From Phapecoctavirus DIJ07P2, in the sequence record OZ035771.1: DNA of 64,000 nt. The stretch is one strand, 5' to 3'. Shown piece after piece: positions 27,011-35,333 of the stretch. Under the pieces are notes generated by a model that saw only the letters and a list, made by a program, of their open reading frames with translations, was not told the DNA's origin and searched no databases. Both the position numbers and the translations under genes were made by a program. Positions within the stretch are counted from its first letter, which is position 1, and every line of letters starts with the position of its first letter.

Positions 27011-27379
27011 ATGAGCAAATCAGCAATTAAAGCACTTGAAAAAGCACAAGAAGTGATCGCAACGTCAACCACTGGCGCAAAGGTTAATCTCGTTTGTTAT
27101 CTGACAGATGAAACTATCCGTAAAAATTGGCGTAATGCTGATTTACTGGCTTGCTTATTGATTAATAGTGTCGCTAATGCTTTCCAGTGTGAAACAGCCG
27201 AGAGCCTGGAGGAAAACTTGTTTGATAATATGGATCAAGCCATTGAAACCTATATACAATCAAACCTGGATAGCTGGAACAGTAAAACATGGCCCGACAA
27301 TTTACGCGATACAACTGATCAACTGATCCGCCTTGCCCTGATGGTTGAACGCGATAACGTTTACAACAGCACAAAGTAA
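27011..27379 (+). CDS. Small hypothetical protein (122 aa)
   Basis: ORF after cassette. Confidence 0.5.
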   Translation: MSKSAIKALEKAQEVIATSTTGAKVNLVCYLTDETIRKNWRNADLLACLLINSVANAFQCETAESLEENLFDNMDQAIETYIQSNLDSWNSKTWPDNLRDTTDQLIRLALMVERDNVYNSTK

Positions 27380-27388
27380 GATTATACA

Positions 27389-27410
27389 AGGGCGCACTAA
27401 GCGCCCTTTA
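27389..27410 (+). terminator. Putative terminator hairpin (AGGGCGC-ACTAA-GCGCCCT)
   Basis: GC hairpin after stop; weak T-tract. Confidence 0.4.
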
Positions 27411-27443
27411 ACGTAAAGAAATGTAAATAATGCGCTATCCCTA

Positions 27444-27470
27444 TTGACAGGGGATCGGCGTTATATTATA
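27444..27470 (+). promoter_or_regulatory. Sigma70-type promoter without stem-loop (TTGACA, TATATT)
   Basis: Last promoter of the array, precedes 27518 ORF. Confidence 0.45.
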
Positions 27471-27517
27471 TTTAACTTACTGGCAGCAAACAACGAAACG
27501 AAACAAAGGACAACATC

Positions 27518-27937
27518 ATGAACATTAAATCAAATAATCCAGCTTACTCCTTCGATAACGCTTTTTGTCACGGTAGCGCCGCCAAAGGCTTCGAAATCGA
27601 TGGTAAATTGGTTATCGTGAACGTTGACGGGGAAGAGGTTGCAGTGTATCCGGTAAACGATGTTAAAAGCCGTTTACAATGCCGCATGGATGTTACCGCA
27701 TATCAGCTTGATCCGGTCCGTGTAGTTGCCCTGGTATTAGAGGAAGAGATCAAAGCAATGCATCACAGTAATAAGTTTATTGGTGACGCGCAGGATAATA
27801 TGAACGTTTGCCGCCATAAAGTTAATGAAGCATTGAAAGAATGCGGTTTTAAGGATCTGATGATTAAACGTGATGAAAAATTCCGCTTTCGTAATGACCT
27901 GGCAAACCGGATCTACTCAATCTATGAAGCTTTATAA
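27518..27937 (+). CDS. Hypothetical protein (139 aa)
   Basis: Last ORF of the array, followed by strong terminator. Confidence 0.5.
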   Translation: MNIKSNNPAYSFDNAFCHGSAAKGFEIDGKLVIVNVDGEEVAVYPVNDVKSRLQCRMDVTAYQLDPVRVVALVLEEEIKAMHHSNKFIGDAQDNMNVCRHKVNEALKECGFKDLMIKRDEKFRFRNDLANRIYSIYEAL

Positions 27938-27952
27938 TCGACAACAAAACAA

Positions 27953-27979
27953 GGGGCGCACAAAGCGCCCTTTCTTTTT
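27953..27979 (+). terminator. Intrinsic terminator (GGGCGC-ACAAA-GCGCCC + TTTCTTTTT)
   Basis: GC stem plus T-tract after stop at 27937. Confidence 0.65.
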
Positions 27980-27989
27980 GCCCGAACAA

Positions 27990-28900
27990 TGTTGATAGCT
28001 TTCGCCTATGAAAAACCGACACAGAACAAAACTGAATAAATCGCGGTATCGAGCTAATCAACCAGCAAACGAATAACCATACCTCCCAGGGTTACAGGCT
28101 GTTAGAGAGCCATTTAGAGCGGTTAAAATCGATCAACAACCAACAACAAACCATCAAAAACACCCTTTTACCTCCTTTCTAGTGCAATGATAACCATTAT
28201 CATCTACCCATGATTATCTATGCAATATAAGCGCATAATTATAATGTTGATAATAGTTCGCAACAACTAACCAACAAACAACATAAAACAATAAGCAAAC
28301 TAATCATAATCAAAGGAATAATAGCAAGATGATTGATAACGACAAACAATCGAACCATGATGAATACTAAGCAAGATAACGATAACACGACAAAACAACC
28401 AACTAACGAACAATAACAAACGAAACCATTAAAATAATAACTATTAGCAAAATAGTGCCTGAATGAAATCATTACAAAACGAATCATTCACAGAGTCATC
28501 ATTAGCACGCTATGCCGGACACATAGCGAGCTAATAATAAGCCAACTACACCCCAACAATCATAACCATCGGTGACGGTTATTTCTTGTTACTGCGTAGC
28601 TTGCAATAATTGCAAGCGTAATGACGCTTACACTTATTGCGCTGGCTTATTATTAGCATTATATGTAATTACCAAGATCATAACATTAGCGCAATAACAA
28701 TAGTCATTGTAATAATTACATGAGTTATCACTATCGTTCAGTGTGATCATCATTAGCACAGTGAATAATTGCACGTAGCAACATGAGCGAATAGCGACAG
28801 GTTGCATAGTGTGCACATAGTGTATAAACATACAAGAAAATAAAGGCTAATCTTTTGGGGGCGAATACTATCGCGTAGCGATATGTTGAGCACCTTCTCT
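27990..28900. other. Non-coding region with strong A+C strand skew, GATAA-type hexamers and palindromes
   Basis: Plus strand dominated by A/C (e.g. CAACAACCAACAACAAACCATCAAAAACACC); palindromes TGATAACCATTATCA (28188-28202) and CTTGCAATAATTGCAAG (28600-28616); no convincing ORF. Confidence 0.5.
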
Positions 28901-28962
28901 TAAACGTAAATAAAATCAGAAAATTCTTGATTTATTTTAGTTTTTATGTTAATAAACGTTTA

Positions 28963-28980
28963 AATAATAATCATTCTCAT
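28963..28980. promoter_or_regulatory. Fur-box-like operator candidate (AATAATAATCATTCTCAT) followed by TATAAATA
   Basis: Shares ATCATTCTCAT core with 18694 site. Confidence 0.35.
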
Positions 28981-29140
28981 ATAAATAATAGTCTGCTTGT
29001 CATGAGCGGGATTAGTTGACAATGTTCCGTCATATGATGAAGTTGCCAAGCCATTGATAAATAAGTGTTTGTGTGATTTATAATCAGGTGGCCCACCTTG
29101 TCGCTATGTTGGCATGAGCCTTGCATAAGTCATTGAATAC

Positions 29141-29161
29141 GAATGATAATTATTCTCATTC
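29141..29161. promoter_or_regulatory. Fur-box-like palindromic operator candidate (GAATGATAATTATTCTCATTC)
   Basis: Near-palindrome; matches Fur consensus at most positions by eye. Confidence 0.4.
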
Positions 29162-29501
29162 GCATGATATTTGGGAATTGTCGCTGCGTGGACCTGACGG
29201 CCCGAAAATTCGCGTTAAGCACTTCTTACGTATACGCCATGATTTTTGCCATATGATATTGATTCTATTAGATATTCTTGCCATTATTGCCATGAAACAT
29301 GGTGTCCCGAAATAATCTCTCCCCGTAGATATTTTGGGTTACTTTTTATACAAGAGTGGGGTGTCAAAAATAATCAGTATATATGGGATAATTGATAGGA
29401 ATCCCCTATGATAATTCGATTGTAATTCCCTAAGATTGATCGTATGATGTTGGTGATTGATGATTGCCATGAAAGATGGCTAACGATGAGAGGAGATTGT
29501 C

Positions 29502-29876
29502 ATGCAAGAGAGTAAAAATGTTCCGTTGAGTAGTGCAACATTGCTTCGCTTCTATAAAGCATGGATTGCCAACTATCCTGCAATGAATCGCACAACGAGT
29601 GGCTTATGTGGTTGTCTGGTAGATTATGTAAATGATTTTGTTGGTGAGACAACTAGAGAAGAAGATAGAAGATGGCGGGATAGTTTGTTGGACCGTTTGA
29701 AATATGAAATGAGGAAACAATTTACATGTGCAGGGCTGGACTATAATCTTCCGTTCAATGCAGATTGCATGGATTACCTTTCAGAGTGTATAAACTTGGC
29801 GTGTCATACCAACACGTTACGTCTTCAGTGGGTGAAAGACAGAATTGAAGATGCAAATAATGCTTGCATTGAATAA
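29502..29876 (+). CDS. Hypothetical protein, paralog family member A (124 aa)
   Basis: GAGGAG RBS; shares GLCGCL, LPFN and RLQWVKDRI motifs with ORFs at 33354 and 34659. Confidence 0.55.
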   Translation: MQESKNVPLSSATLLRFYKAWIANYPAMNRTTSGLCGCLVDYVNDFVGETTREEDRRWRDSLLDRLKYEMRKQFTCAGLDYNLPFNADCMDYLSECINLACHTNTLRLQWVKDRIEDANNACIE

Positions 29877-29925
29877 AGATGTTTGTATAATGGATGACAT
29901 AACAGATAGCCAATGAGGAGATGAA

Positions 29926-30135
29926 ATGAAGAATTTGAAAACTGTCACAATGTTCTTGACTAATCCTACACGTGTGCAAGCACTGGCTAAAGCCAGCCGT
30001 GTAGCTGTAGAATTCCAAAACTTTAAGCCGTCCGTTGTGACAGGCAGTGAAACGTGTGTTATCGATTTCATTAACGAATACTTCCGAGGGAATCCGGTTG
30101 GTCGTTACTTTATTAAGGGTCTGAAGGATGCATAA
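29926..30135 (+). CDS. Hypothetical protein (69 aa)
   Basis: ORF with GAGGAG RBS. Confidence 0.5.
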   Translation: MKNLKTVTMFLTNPTRVQALAKASRVAVEFQNFKPSVVTGSETCVIDFINEYFRGNPVGRYFIKGLKDA

Positions 30136-30358
30136 CATGAAACGCATGAAAATTCGTATTGAGAATGATGGTGGTTATAAAGGATTGGCACATGCAAAAT
30201 TTCCACTTGTGTTGGAAGCTACGGTGGAATACAGTGGGCTTGCTCATGTGCGATTCTCGAAGATGATGGAAGTGCAGGAATGGTTTTGGGACGAGATAGA
30301 TGCACGAGAAGGAGAAGATTATGTTTTCTTTCCTCACGAATATAACATTGTCTATTAA
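30128..30358 (+). CDS. Hypothetical protein (76 aa)
   Basis: Overlapping-coupled ORF. Confidence 0.5.
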   Translation: MHNMKRMKIRIENDGGYKGLAHAKFPLVLEATVEYSGLAHVRFSKMMEVQEWFWDEIDAREGEDYVFFPHEYNIVY

Positions 30359-30370
30359 AGGTTGTGTGCA

Positions 30371-30610
30371 ATGATCACACCACAACAGAATGAAGCAGCA
30401 ATGGATCTTCTTGATAGTTTGTATTTCGATAATTGGTACTCTGAATGTGAATGGATGAATATGCAAACTCTGAAAGAGAAGACAAAAGCGTTGATTACAG
30501 TAGATCAATTTCTTGCAGAGACGGAAAGAATGAATTATGATATGGCATCTCGCGCACGACGCGTTTCCATTTTCAATAAAATGTTAGCATTATGGGGAGG
30601 TAGAAAATGA
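30371..30610 (+). CDS. Hypothetical protein (79 aa)
   Basis: Start at ATG (MITPQQ). Confidence 0.5.
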   Translation: MITPQQNEAAMDLLDSLYFDNWYSECEWMNMQTLKEKTKALITVDQFLAETERMNYDMASRARRVSIFNKMLALWGGRK

Positions 30611-30834
30611 GACAATTCACTATACTGGAAGCACATGTGCAATGTGTTGCAGATTATGTCAAAGAACATTCAAGTTTGTTGGATGTAACCTGTGCAGTGC
30701 AAAATGATGTAGGTATTGTCTGTGTGCAACATATCCTATCTGAAACTCGTTACGAAGTATTCCGTGCTACCTTGTTTGGATGTGATCGTGTGAACTGGGT
30801 AAAAGAACGTGTAGCAGAAGAAATAATTGGTTGA
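30607..30834 (+). CDS. Hypothetical protein (75 aa)
   Basis: ATGA-coupled ORF. Confidence 0.5.
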   Translation: MRQFTILEAHVQCVADYVKEHSSLLDVTCAVQNDVGIVCVQHILSETRYEVFRATLFGCDRVNWVKERVAEEIIG

Positions 30835-30859
30835 CAGAAGGATCTGTCTTTGTCATAAT
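30831..30859 (+). promoter_or_regulatory. Sigma70-type promoter (TTGACA, 17 nt, CATAAT)
   Basis: Precedes ORF at 30889. Confidence 0.45.
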
Positions 30860-30888
30860 CATCTCATCGAAACAGAGAGGAGAAAATC

Positions 30889-31302
30889 ATGAAAAAGTTT
30901 ATTTGCACCCGTTCCACTAACAGTGATATCCTTGTAGGTAAGGTTATCAAAGGAGAACTCTTCCATGCAAACGGTAAGAAATATATTCTGCTGAAAGATT
31001 CTTTCAACGGGGAATATCCGCGCTGCACTTTCTTCAATTACAACACTCCATTTGCTTTAGAAGGAGATGCTTGGGAATGGGCTGAACTCAATCCTTGTTG
31101 TGAGGAAGAAGAATCTATGTTCTTAGGTTTAAACGTTTACCGTGTAGATTACACCATGTGCGGAGCGGAACATTCTGTTCGCGTAGAAGCCGAATCCAAA
31201 CTACAAGCACCTTTCAAGGCAGGATTGACTTTGGGTCATTGTTTGGCAAACATTGAAGATGTTGTGATCCAAAGAGTTGTTTTAGAGAAAGAGGCTATTT
31301 GA
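30889..31302 (+). CDS. Hypothetical protein (137 aa)
   Basis: GAGAGGAG RBS. Confidence 0.55.
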   Translation: MKKFICTRSTNSDILVGKVIKGELFHANGKKYILLKDSFNGEYPRCTFFNYNTPFALEGDAWEWAELNPCCEEEESMFLGLNVYRVDYTMCGAEHSVRVEAESKLQAPFKAGLTLGHCLANIEDVVIQRVVLEKEAI

Positions 31303-31327
31303 CAGAAGACGGTACAATATTTAAAAT
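31299..31327 (+). promoter_or_regulatory. Sigma70-type promoter (TTGACA, 17 nt, TAAAAT)
   Basis: Precedes ORF at 31357. Confidence 0.45.
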
Positions 31328-31356
31328 ATAAAGATTAACCACAAAAGGAGAGAAAC

Positions 31357-31656
31357 ATGCAAGTTGAAGACCTGATCAAGATTCTGAATAAAGCCAAAGA
31401 GAAGGGTGCTATCAAAGACTGGAAACGTGAAACAAGTGAAGATTTATCTCATTGTTGTCGAGAATTTTACATTGAAGGTATTGCTAACGATCATTATACT
31501 ATTGAATGGTATATTAACTTAATGACTCTTAAACACGGTTCATTTGAGGTTTGGTTTGATGACATTGATGTAAATGGTTTTCATCCTGGCTATAAAATCG
31601 CTATGCAGTTATCTTATCGTAGAGAAGTTGTAGCACATTTGGGTTTACATAACTAA
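31357..31656 (+). CDS. Hypothetical protein (99 aa)
   Basis: AAGGAGAG RBS. Confidence 0.55.
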   Translation: MQVEDLIKILNKAKEKGAIKDWKRETSEDLSHCCREFYIEGIANDHYTIEWYINLMTLKHGSFEVWFDDIDVNGFHPGYKIAMQLSYRREVVAHLGLHN

Positions 31657-31666
31657 GGAGAAAAGA

Positions 31667-31990
31667 ATGCAAGCAGTTGTTAACGAAGCTATTATGAACT
31701 TATCCTTCTTGTTAGCTGGTTTAGGAGGTGTTCTCATAGGTTTGGCTCTTATCTGGTGTATTCGTCGATTAATCGGGTACCGACAAAAAGGTGTTTCATG
31801 TTTTGTATCTTACAATTTTACAACTGCTTACAGCAATGAGGTTGGATCTGGTAATGCTCAAGCATTTTTACCAACATATCCTCCTACGGTGGAGGATATT
31901 CGAAACTTGGAAGTAGAACTTATGGGACTAAGTGATAACTATACATCTCTCGTTATTCAAAATATTTTTCGACTAAAACAGGAGGCGTGA
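31667..31990 (+). CDS. Membrane protein (107 aa)
   Basis: TM segment LSFLLAGLGGVLIGLALIWCI. Confidence 0.5.
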   Translation: MQAVVNEAIMNLSFLLAGLGGVLIGLALIWCIRRLIGYRQKGVSCFVSYNFTTAYSNEVGSGNAQAFLPTYPPTVEDIRNLEVELMGLSDNYTSLVIQNIFRLKQEA

Positions 31991-32203
31991 ATGAAGGCAC
32001 ATTACCCTCATCCCTTTGATCCTAAAAACAAAGCCGTAATTCTTCGTCAGTGGCAACGGGTTTGTCGTACTAAATGTCCAATTAATAGCCAACACAATGT
32101 GGACAAGGATTATCTTGGGACATTTGTTGAATACACTTACATAGACAAAAACAAGCGTAAACAACATGTCGAGGAATACTGCTTAAAAGTAGAATGGCTG
32201 TAA
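31991..32203 (+). CDS. Hypothetical protein (70 aa)
   Basis: ORF coupled to upstream gene. Confidence 0.5.
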   Translation: MKAHYPHPFDPKNKAVILRQWQRVCRTKCPINSQHNVDKDYLGTFVEYTYIDKNKRKQHVEEYCLKVEWL

Positions 32204-32215
32204 ATAATAAATACC

Positions 32216-32244
32216 TTGACAAGTGTTTATTCGTTTTGTAAAGT
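32216..32244 (+). promoter_or_regulatory. Sigma70-type promoter (TTGACA, 17 nt, TAAAGT)
   Basis: Precedes the recombinase gene. Confidence 0.45.
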
Positions 32245-32273
32245 GAGAATACAGCAATGGTTTAGGAGTGGTT

Positions 32274-32945
32274 ATGAAAAAGTTTGTTGTTTACAGTCGT
32301 CTTTCTAAACAGAAAAAAGGTGAGGCACAATATGGTATGGAGAGCCAAGAGAACGATATCCGTTACTTCTTAGACTCTGTGCCTGATGCTGAAGTTATTG
32401 GTCAATTTTCTGAATACTATTCGGGTAAGGGCGATTGGAAGCAACGTAAGGAACTGGTTAAAGCGGTTGAAATGTGTAAAGCTACCGGAGCAACTTTATT
32501 GGTAGCTAAAGTTGACCGCTTGGGTCGTAACAACGCATCCGTAGCAACTCTTCTAGAAATGATTGATGTTAAGATAGCCATCATGCCAGACGCAGATAAA
32601 ATGGTTATACAGCTTCTGTCTGTTCTGGCTGAACAAGAAGTTAGAGGTATTGCTGATCGTATTAAAAAGGGTCTTGCTGTAGCAAAAAGCAAAGGTGTTT
32701 TATTAGGCAGTGCTAATCCTAAAACTGCTGCTGCACGTAGAAAAGGAAAAATGGAATACAATTCTGTTAAAGCAGACGCTTTTGCAGAGACATTTCGTGA
32801 ACGCTTGGAGATCCTTAGAGATTTAAATACACCTTACAAAACTATTGCTGAAAAATTCAATAGTAAGAAAATAGCAACAGCACGTGGTGGTAAATGGGAT
32901 GCTAAAACTGTTTCTCGTTTGTGTGCCAGACTTAACATTAAATAG
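32274..32945 (+). CDS. Serine recombinase (resolvase/invertase family)
   Basis: YSRLS N-terminal motif, LVAKVDRLGRN, AEQEVRGIADRIKKGLAVAKSKG match resolvase catalytic-domain motifs as recalled; C-terminal HTH-like region. Confidence 0.65.
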   Translation: MKKFVVYSRLSKQKKGEAQYGMESQENDIRYFLDSVPDAEVIGQFSEYYSGKGDWKQRKELVKAVEMCKATGATLLVAKVDRLGRNNASVATLLEMIDVKIAIMPDADKMVIQLLSVLAEQEVRGIADRIKKGLAVAKSKGVLLGSANPKTAAARRKGKMEYNSVKADAFAETFRERLEILRDLNTPYKTIAEKFNSKKIATARGGKWDAKTVSRLCARLNIK

Positions 32946-32953
32946 GAGAGGAT

Positions 32954-33376
32954 ATGAAACAAGAAAATGAATCTGTAGATCACTTAATCATGCTGTCAGC
33001 CCTTTTTGCCGGATGGGACGTATTTTTTGAAAATTTATTCAATTCTGCTACAGATGGTTCCGATTTTATGCGGCAGTTTAAACGACGAACTGTTGAGGAC
33101 TATGCTTTCTATTCAGGTCGGATTGAAAAAGGTTACGAAGATACAAATACAACACTCACCATTAAAGTTTTAGATGTGATGTTTAGTGTTATAGATGCTA
33201 TCGACGAAAGTCTTCCGATCCTAGACAATTGTAATACGAAAGCCTATGTTTACAAAATAGCTCGTGCTTATGTGTCTGCAAACAGTTGTCTTCTTTCCAC
33301 CCAGATTGCCGTGAACAATCTTGCCAACTTGTTTGACGAAGGAGAAACTTTTTATGACAATCGATTTGAAGTGTAA
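32954..33376 (+). CDS. Hypothetical protein (140 aa)
   Basis: ORF with GGAGAGG RBS. Confidence 0.5.
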   Translation: MKQENESVDHLIMLSALFAGWDVFFENLFNSATDGSDFMRQFKRRTVEDYAFYSGRIEKGYEDTNTTLTIKVLDVMFSVIDAIDESLPILDNCNTKAYVYKIARAYVSANSCLLSTQIAVNNLANLFDEGETFYDNRFEV

Positions 33377-33719
33377 GAGGATTCTTTTAGATTTCTATAA
33401 TAATTGGTTAGAACACCTCCGTCTCTTTCCAAGAGAAAGTGGTTACGCTGATGTTGGCTTATGCCGAGGTCTGCGTATGTATATAAGTGATGAATTTCGG
33501 GCCGAGCATTCTTTAGCATATTCTGTTTATGGTATGCAATTAGCCAGTTTTGAAAACGCTGGCTTAGATACAACTTTCCCATTTAACACAGCAAAATCTT
33601 TTGAGCAAGAGTGTAAGGAAAAACGTTGCATGTTTAATGAAAAACGTGTACAGTGGGTTAAGGATCGAGTTAAACAACTGGAACAAGAGTTGGATTTCTT
33701 TTATGACGAGGCAGAATAA
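33354..33719 (+). CDS. Hypothetical protein, paralog family member B (121 aa)
   Basis: Start at MTIDLK after AAGGAG; contains GLCRGL, GLDTTFPFN, RVQWVKDRV. Confidence 0.5.
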   Translation: MTIDLKCKRILLDFYNNWLEHLRLFPRESGYADVGLCRGLRMYISDEFRAEHSLAYSVYGMQLASFENAGLDTTFPFNTAKSFEQECKEKRCMFNEKRVQWVKDRVKQLEQELDFFYDEAE

Positions 33720-33991
33720 TGGATAGACAAACCTTAAAAACAATGGCAGATGCTACTAATTCCCCGTACTTTGAAAAAGTAAGTAAATTGGTAGTTCAAG
33801 CCGCAGAGGAAGGATATTATAACATAAACATCCACAACCCAAATCTTATACTAGAAATGCCAAGTGATAAGAAGATACAAGAGAGTATCTGTGAAGGTAT
33901 TGTTAGTTACTGGCGCGAGCGTGGGTGTGGTGCAAACATGGCTTTAGACAGTGCAAACATTGTAAGATATATAAATATTTCTTGGGGATGA
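33719..33991 (+). CDS. Hypothetical protein (90 aa)
   Basis: TAATG-coupled ORF. Confidence 0.5.
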   Translation: MDRQTLKTMADATNSPYFEKVSKLVVQAAEEGYYNINIHNPNLILEMPSDKKIQESICEGIVSYWRERGCGANMALDSANIVRYINISWG

Positions 33992-33995
33992 TTTT

Positions 33996-34607
33996 ATGAT
34001 TCAATGCACTCATATCCAAATTACTTGGAGAGATGAACTTTACCATTTGGGACAATTTACTGTAGGGGAAACATACCTTGTCATTAAACATAATCCTAAC
34101 ATCGCAAACTTTGACAGGATGGTTCTTGTTGAGGACGATCTAGGTCAAACTTATTCTTTAGATCTAAAATATCCGTTTTCTTACGGCTACGATTGGATCG
34201 TTACTTTTGAAGACGTGGAGGAAAATAAAACAATGAACGAAAAAAATTCTTGGTATTATCGTTGTGAACTGCCGCCAGTAGGTGAAAAGGTTATCTTTGT
34301 TCCTGATTTGGAAAGATATTCTTGGGACAGTTCTTATTCTGTTCCTAAAGAAGGCACCGAAGTTGAAGTTATTGCACATCGCACAACTTCGCATGGTAAC
34401 GATGTAGCAGTTGTTTTCTGGGATGATGAAGGCGCTGCTTGTGCAGGTGGCTTTGTTGCAGGTAATTTTGAACCGCTGCCAGATCCTTTGAAGGAGGCAA
34501 TTTTAGGCGTAGCTTCTTTTGGACTCTCTTACACATCTGCACAAGAGATCGTAGAAGGTATTTTAAACGGTACCGTTCCAAACGAAATTTTTAAACAGAT
34601 TAAATAA
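33996..34607 (+). CDS. Hypothetical protein (203 aa)
   Basis: ORF followed by terminator. Confidence 0.55.
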   Translation: MIQCTHIQITWRDELYHLGQFTVGETYLVIKHNPNIANFDRMVLVEDDLGQTYSLDLKYPFSYGYDWIVTFEDVEENKTMNEKNSWYYRCELPPVGEKVIFVPDLERYSWDSSYSVPKEGTEVEVIAHRTTSHGNDVAVVFWDDEGAACAGGFVAGNFEPLPDPLKEAILGVASFGLSYTSAQEIVEGILNGTVPNEIFKQIK

Positions 34608-34612
34608 TAGTT

Positions 34613-34637
34613 GCACCCCGTTCTGCGGGGTGTTATT
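34613..34637 (+). terminator. Intrinsic terminator (CACCCCG-TTCT-GCGGGGTG + T-rich)
   Basis: Hairpin immediately after stop at 34607. Confidence 0.55.
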
Positions 34638-34658
34638 GTATACGTAAAGGAGGCGCTA

Positions 34659-35019
34659 ATGTATTACACTGAAGACTACATATTGTATAACTTTTTTAAA
34701 GGCTGGTTGAAATGGGCTGAACAAGCTCCTGTCGGAGATTGTGTTTTTCCTTGGGATTCTCGTCAAGGTTTGTGTCGTTGTTTGGAAGATTGGCTTATAA
34801 CCACAAACTACAACTCAGAAACTAAGAAATCTACATCACAGAGACTAAAAAATGTTATTTGAAGAAGATGGTTTAGATCCGATTTATCCTTTCGGTGAGG
34901 AAAGTTTCCACAATGGTCTTTTCCTTGGCACTCAACATTATGATAAAGATCGTGTAGATTGGGTAAAAGAAAAGGTAGCACAGTATGAATGGGGGTTAAG
35001 AATTATCACCGCTGGTTAG
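34659..35019 (+). pseudogene. Paralog family member C with +1 frameshift (possible pseudogene, programmed shift or sequence error)
   Basis: Frame 0 encodes ...GLCRCLEDW... to stop at 34862; +1 frame from 34861 encodes GLDPIYPFG...DRVDWVKEKV, the conserved C-terminal half; A6 run near junction. Confidence 0.45.
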
Positions 35020-35189
35020 AAAGCTATCTTAAGAAATGCGAACTTGGTGTTCCAGGTTATACTTACGACACGGACGAGATTCTTGATGAAATGGAAGTTT
35101 GGTTTAAAGAGCCTCGTGAACTATTGGCAAATATTCTAATGGCTTGGGATGGTACGGCACAAAGCATCGAAGGAGGTAGAAATGAGTAA
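34989..35189 (+). CDS. Hypothetical protein (66 aa)
   Basis: ORF overlapping the end of the frameshifted paralog. Confidence 0.45.
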   Translation: MGVKNYHRWLESYLKKCELGVPGYTYDTDEILDEMEVWFKEPRELLANILMAWDGTAQSIEGGRNE

Positions 35190-35316
35190 GAAATTGTTTA
35201 ATATTCGTGAGAATCGTGATGGATCGTTCTCTGTAGTCAATGAATTTAACGTTTCGGTTGGGACTTTTATTACTAAACGTCAAGCAGAACAAGTAAGAGA
35301 TACTTTAAACAAGTAA
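35182..35316 (+). CDS. Small hypothetical protein (44 aa), self-derived
   Basis: GAAGGAGG RBS; MSKKLFNIRENRDGSFSVVNEFNVSVGTFITKRQAEQVRDTLNK. Confidence 0.45.
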   Translation: MSKKLFNIRENRDGSFSVVNEFNVSVGTFITKRQAEQVRDTLNK

Positions 35317-35333
35317 GTTTTTAAGGGGGACTT

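Noticed and set aside
19349-27470. CRISPR array as explanation for the repeated hairpins
   Set aside because: Repeats are not identical, are spaced 250-600 bp apart by coding sequence, and each is attached to a promoter and RBS.
28239-28487. Track ORF (82 aa, minus strand) and neighbour 28634-28831 inside the A+C-skewed region
   Set aside because: Products are low-complexity hydrophobic strings that follow from the strand composition; no RBS and no coupling to other genes. Treated as non-coding.
32274-32945. Serine recombinase as a prophage integrase
   Set aside because: It is a small resolvase type, not a large serine or tyrosine integrase, and the surrounding content is that of a virulent phage with no att-like junction or host genes.
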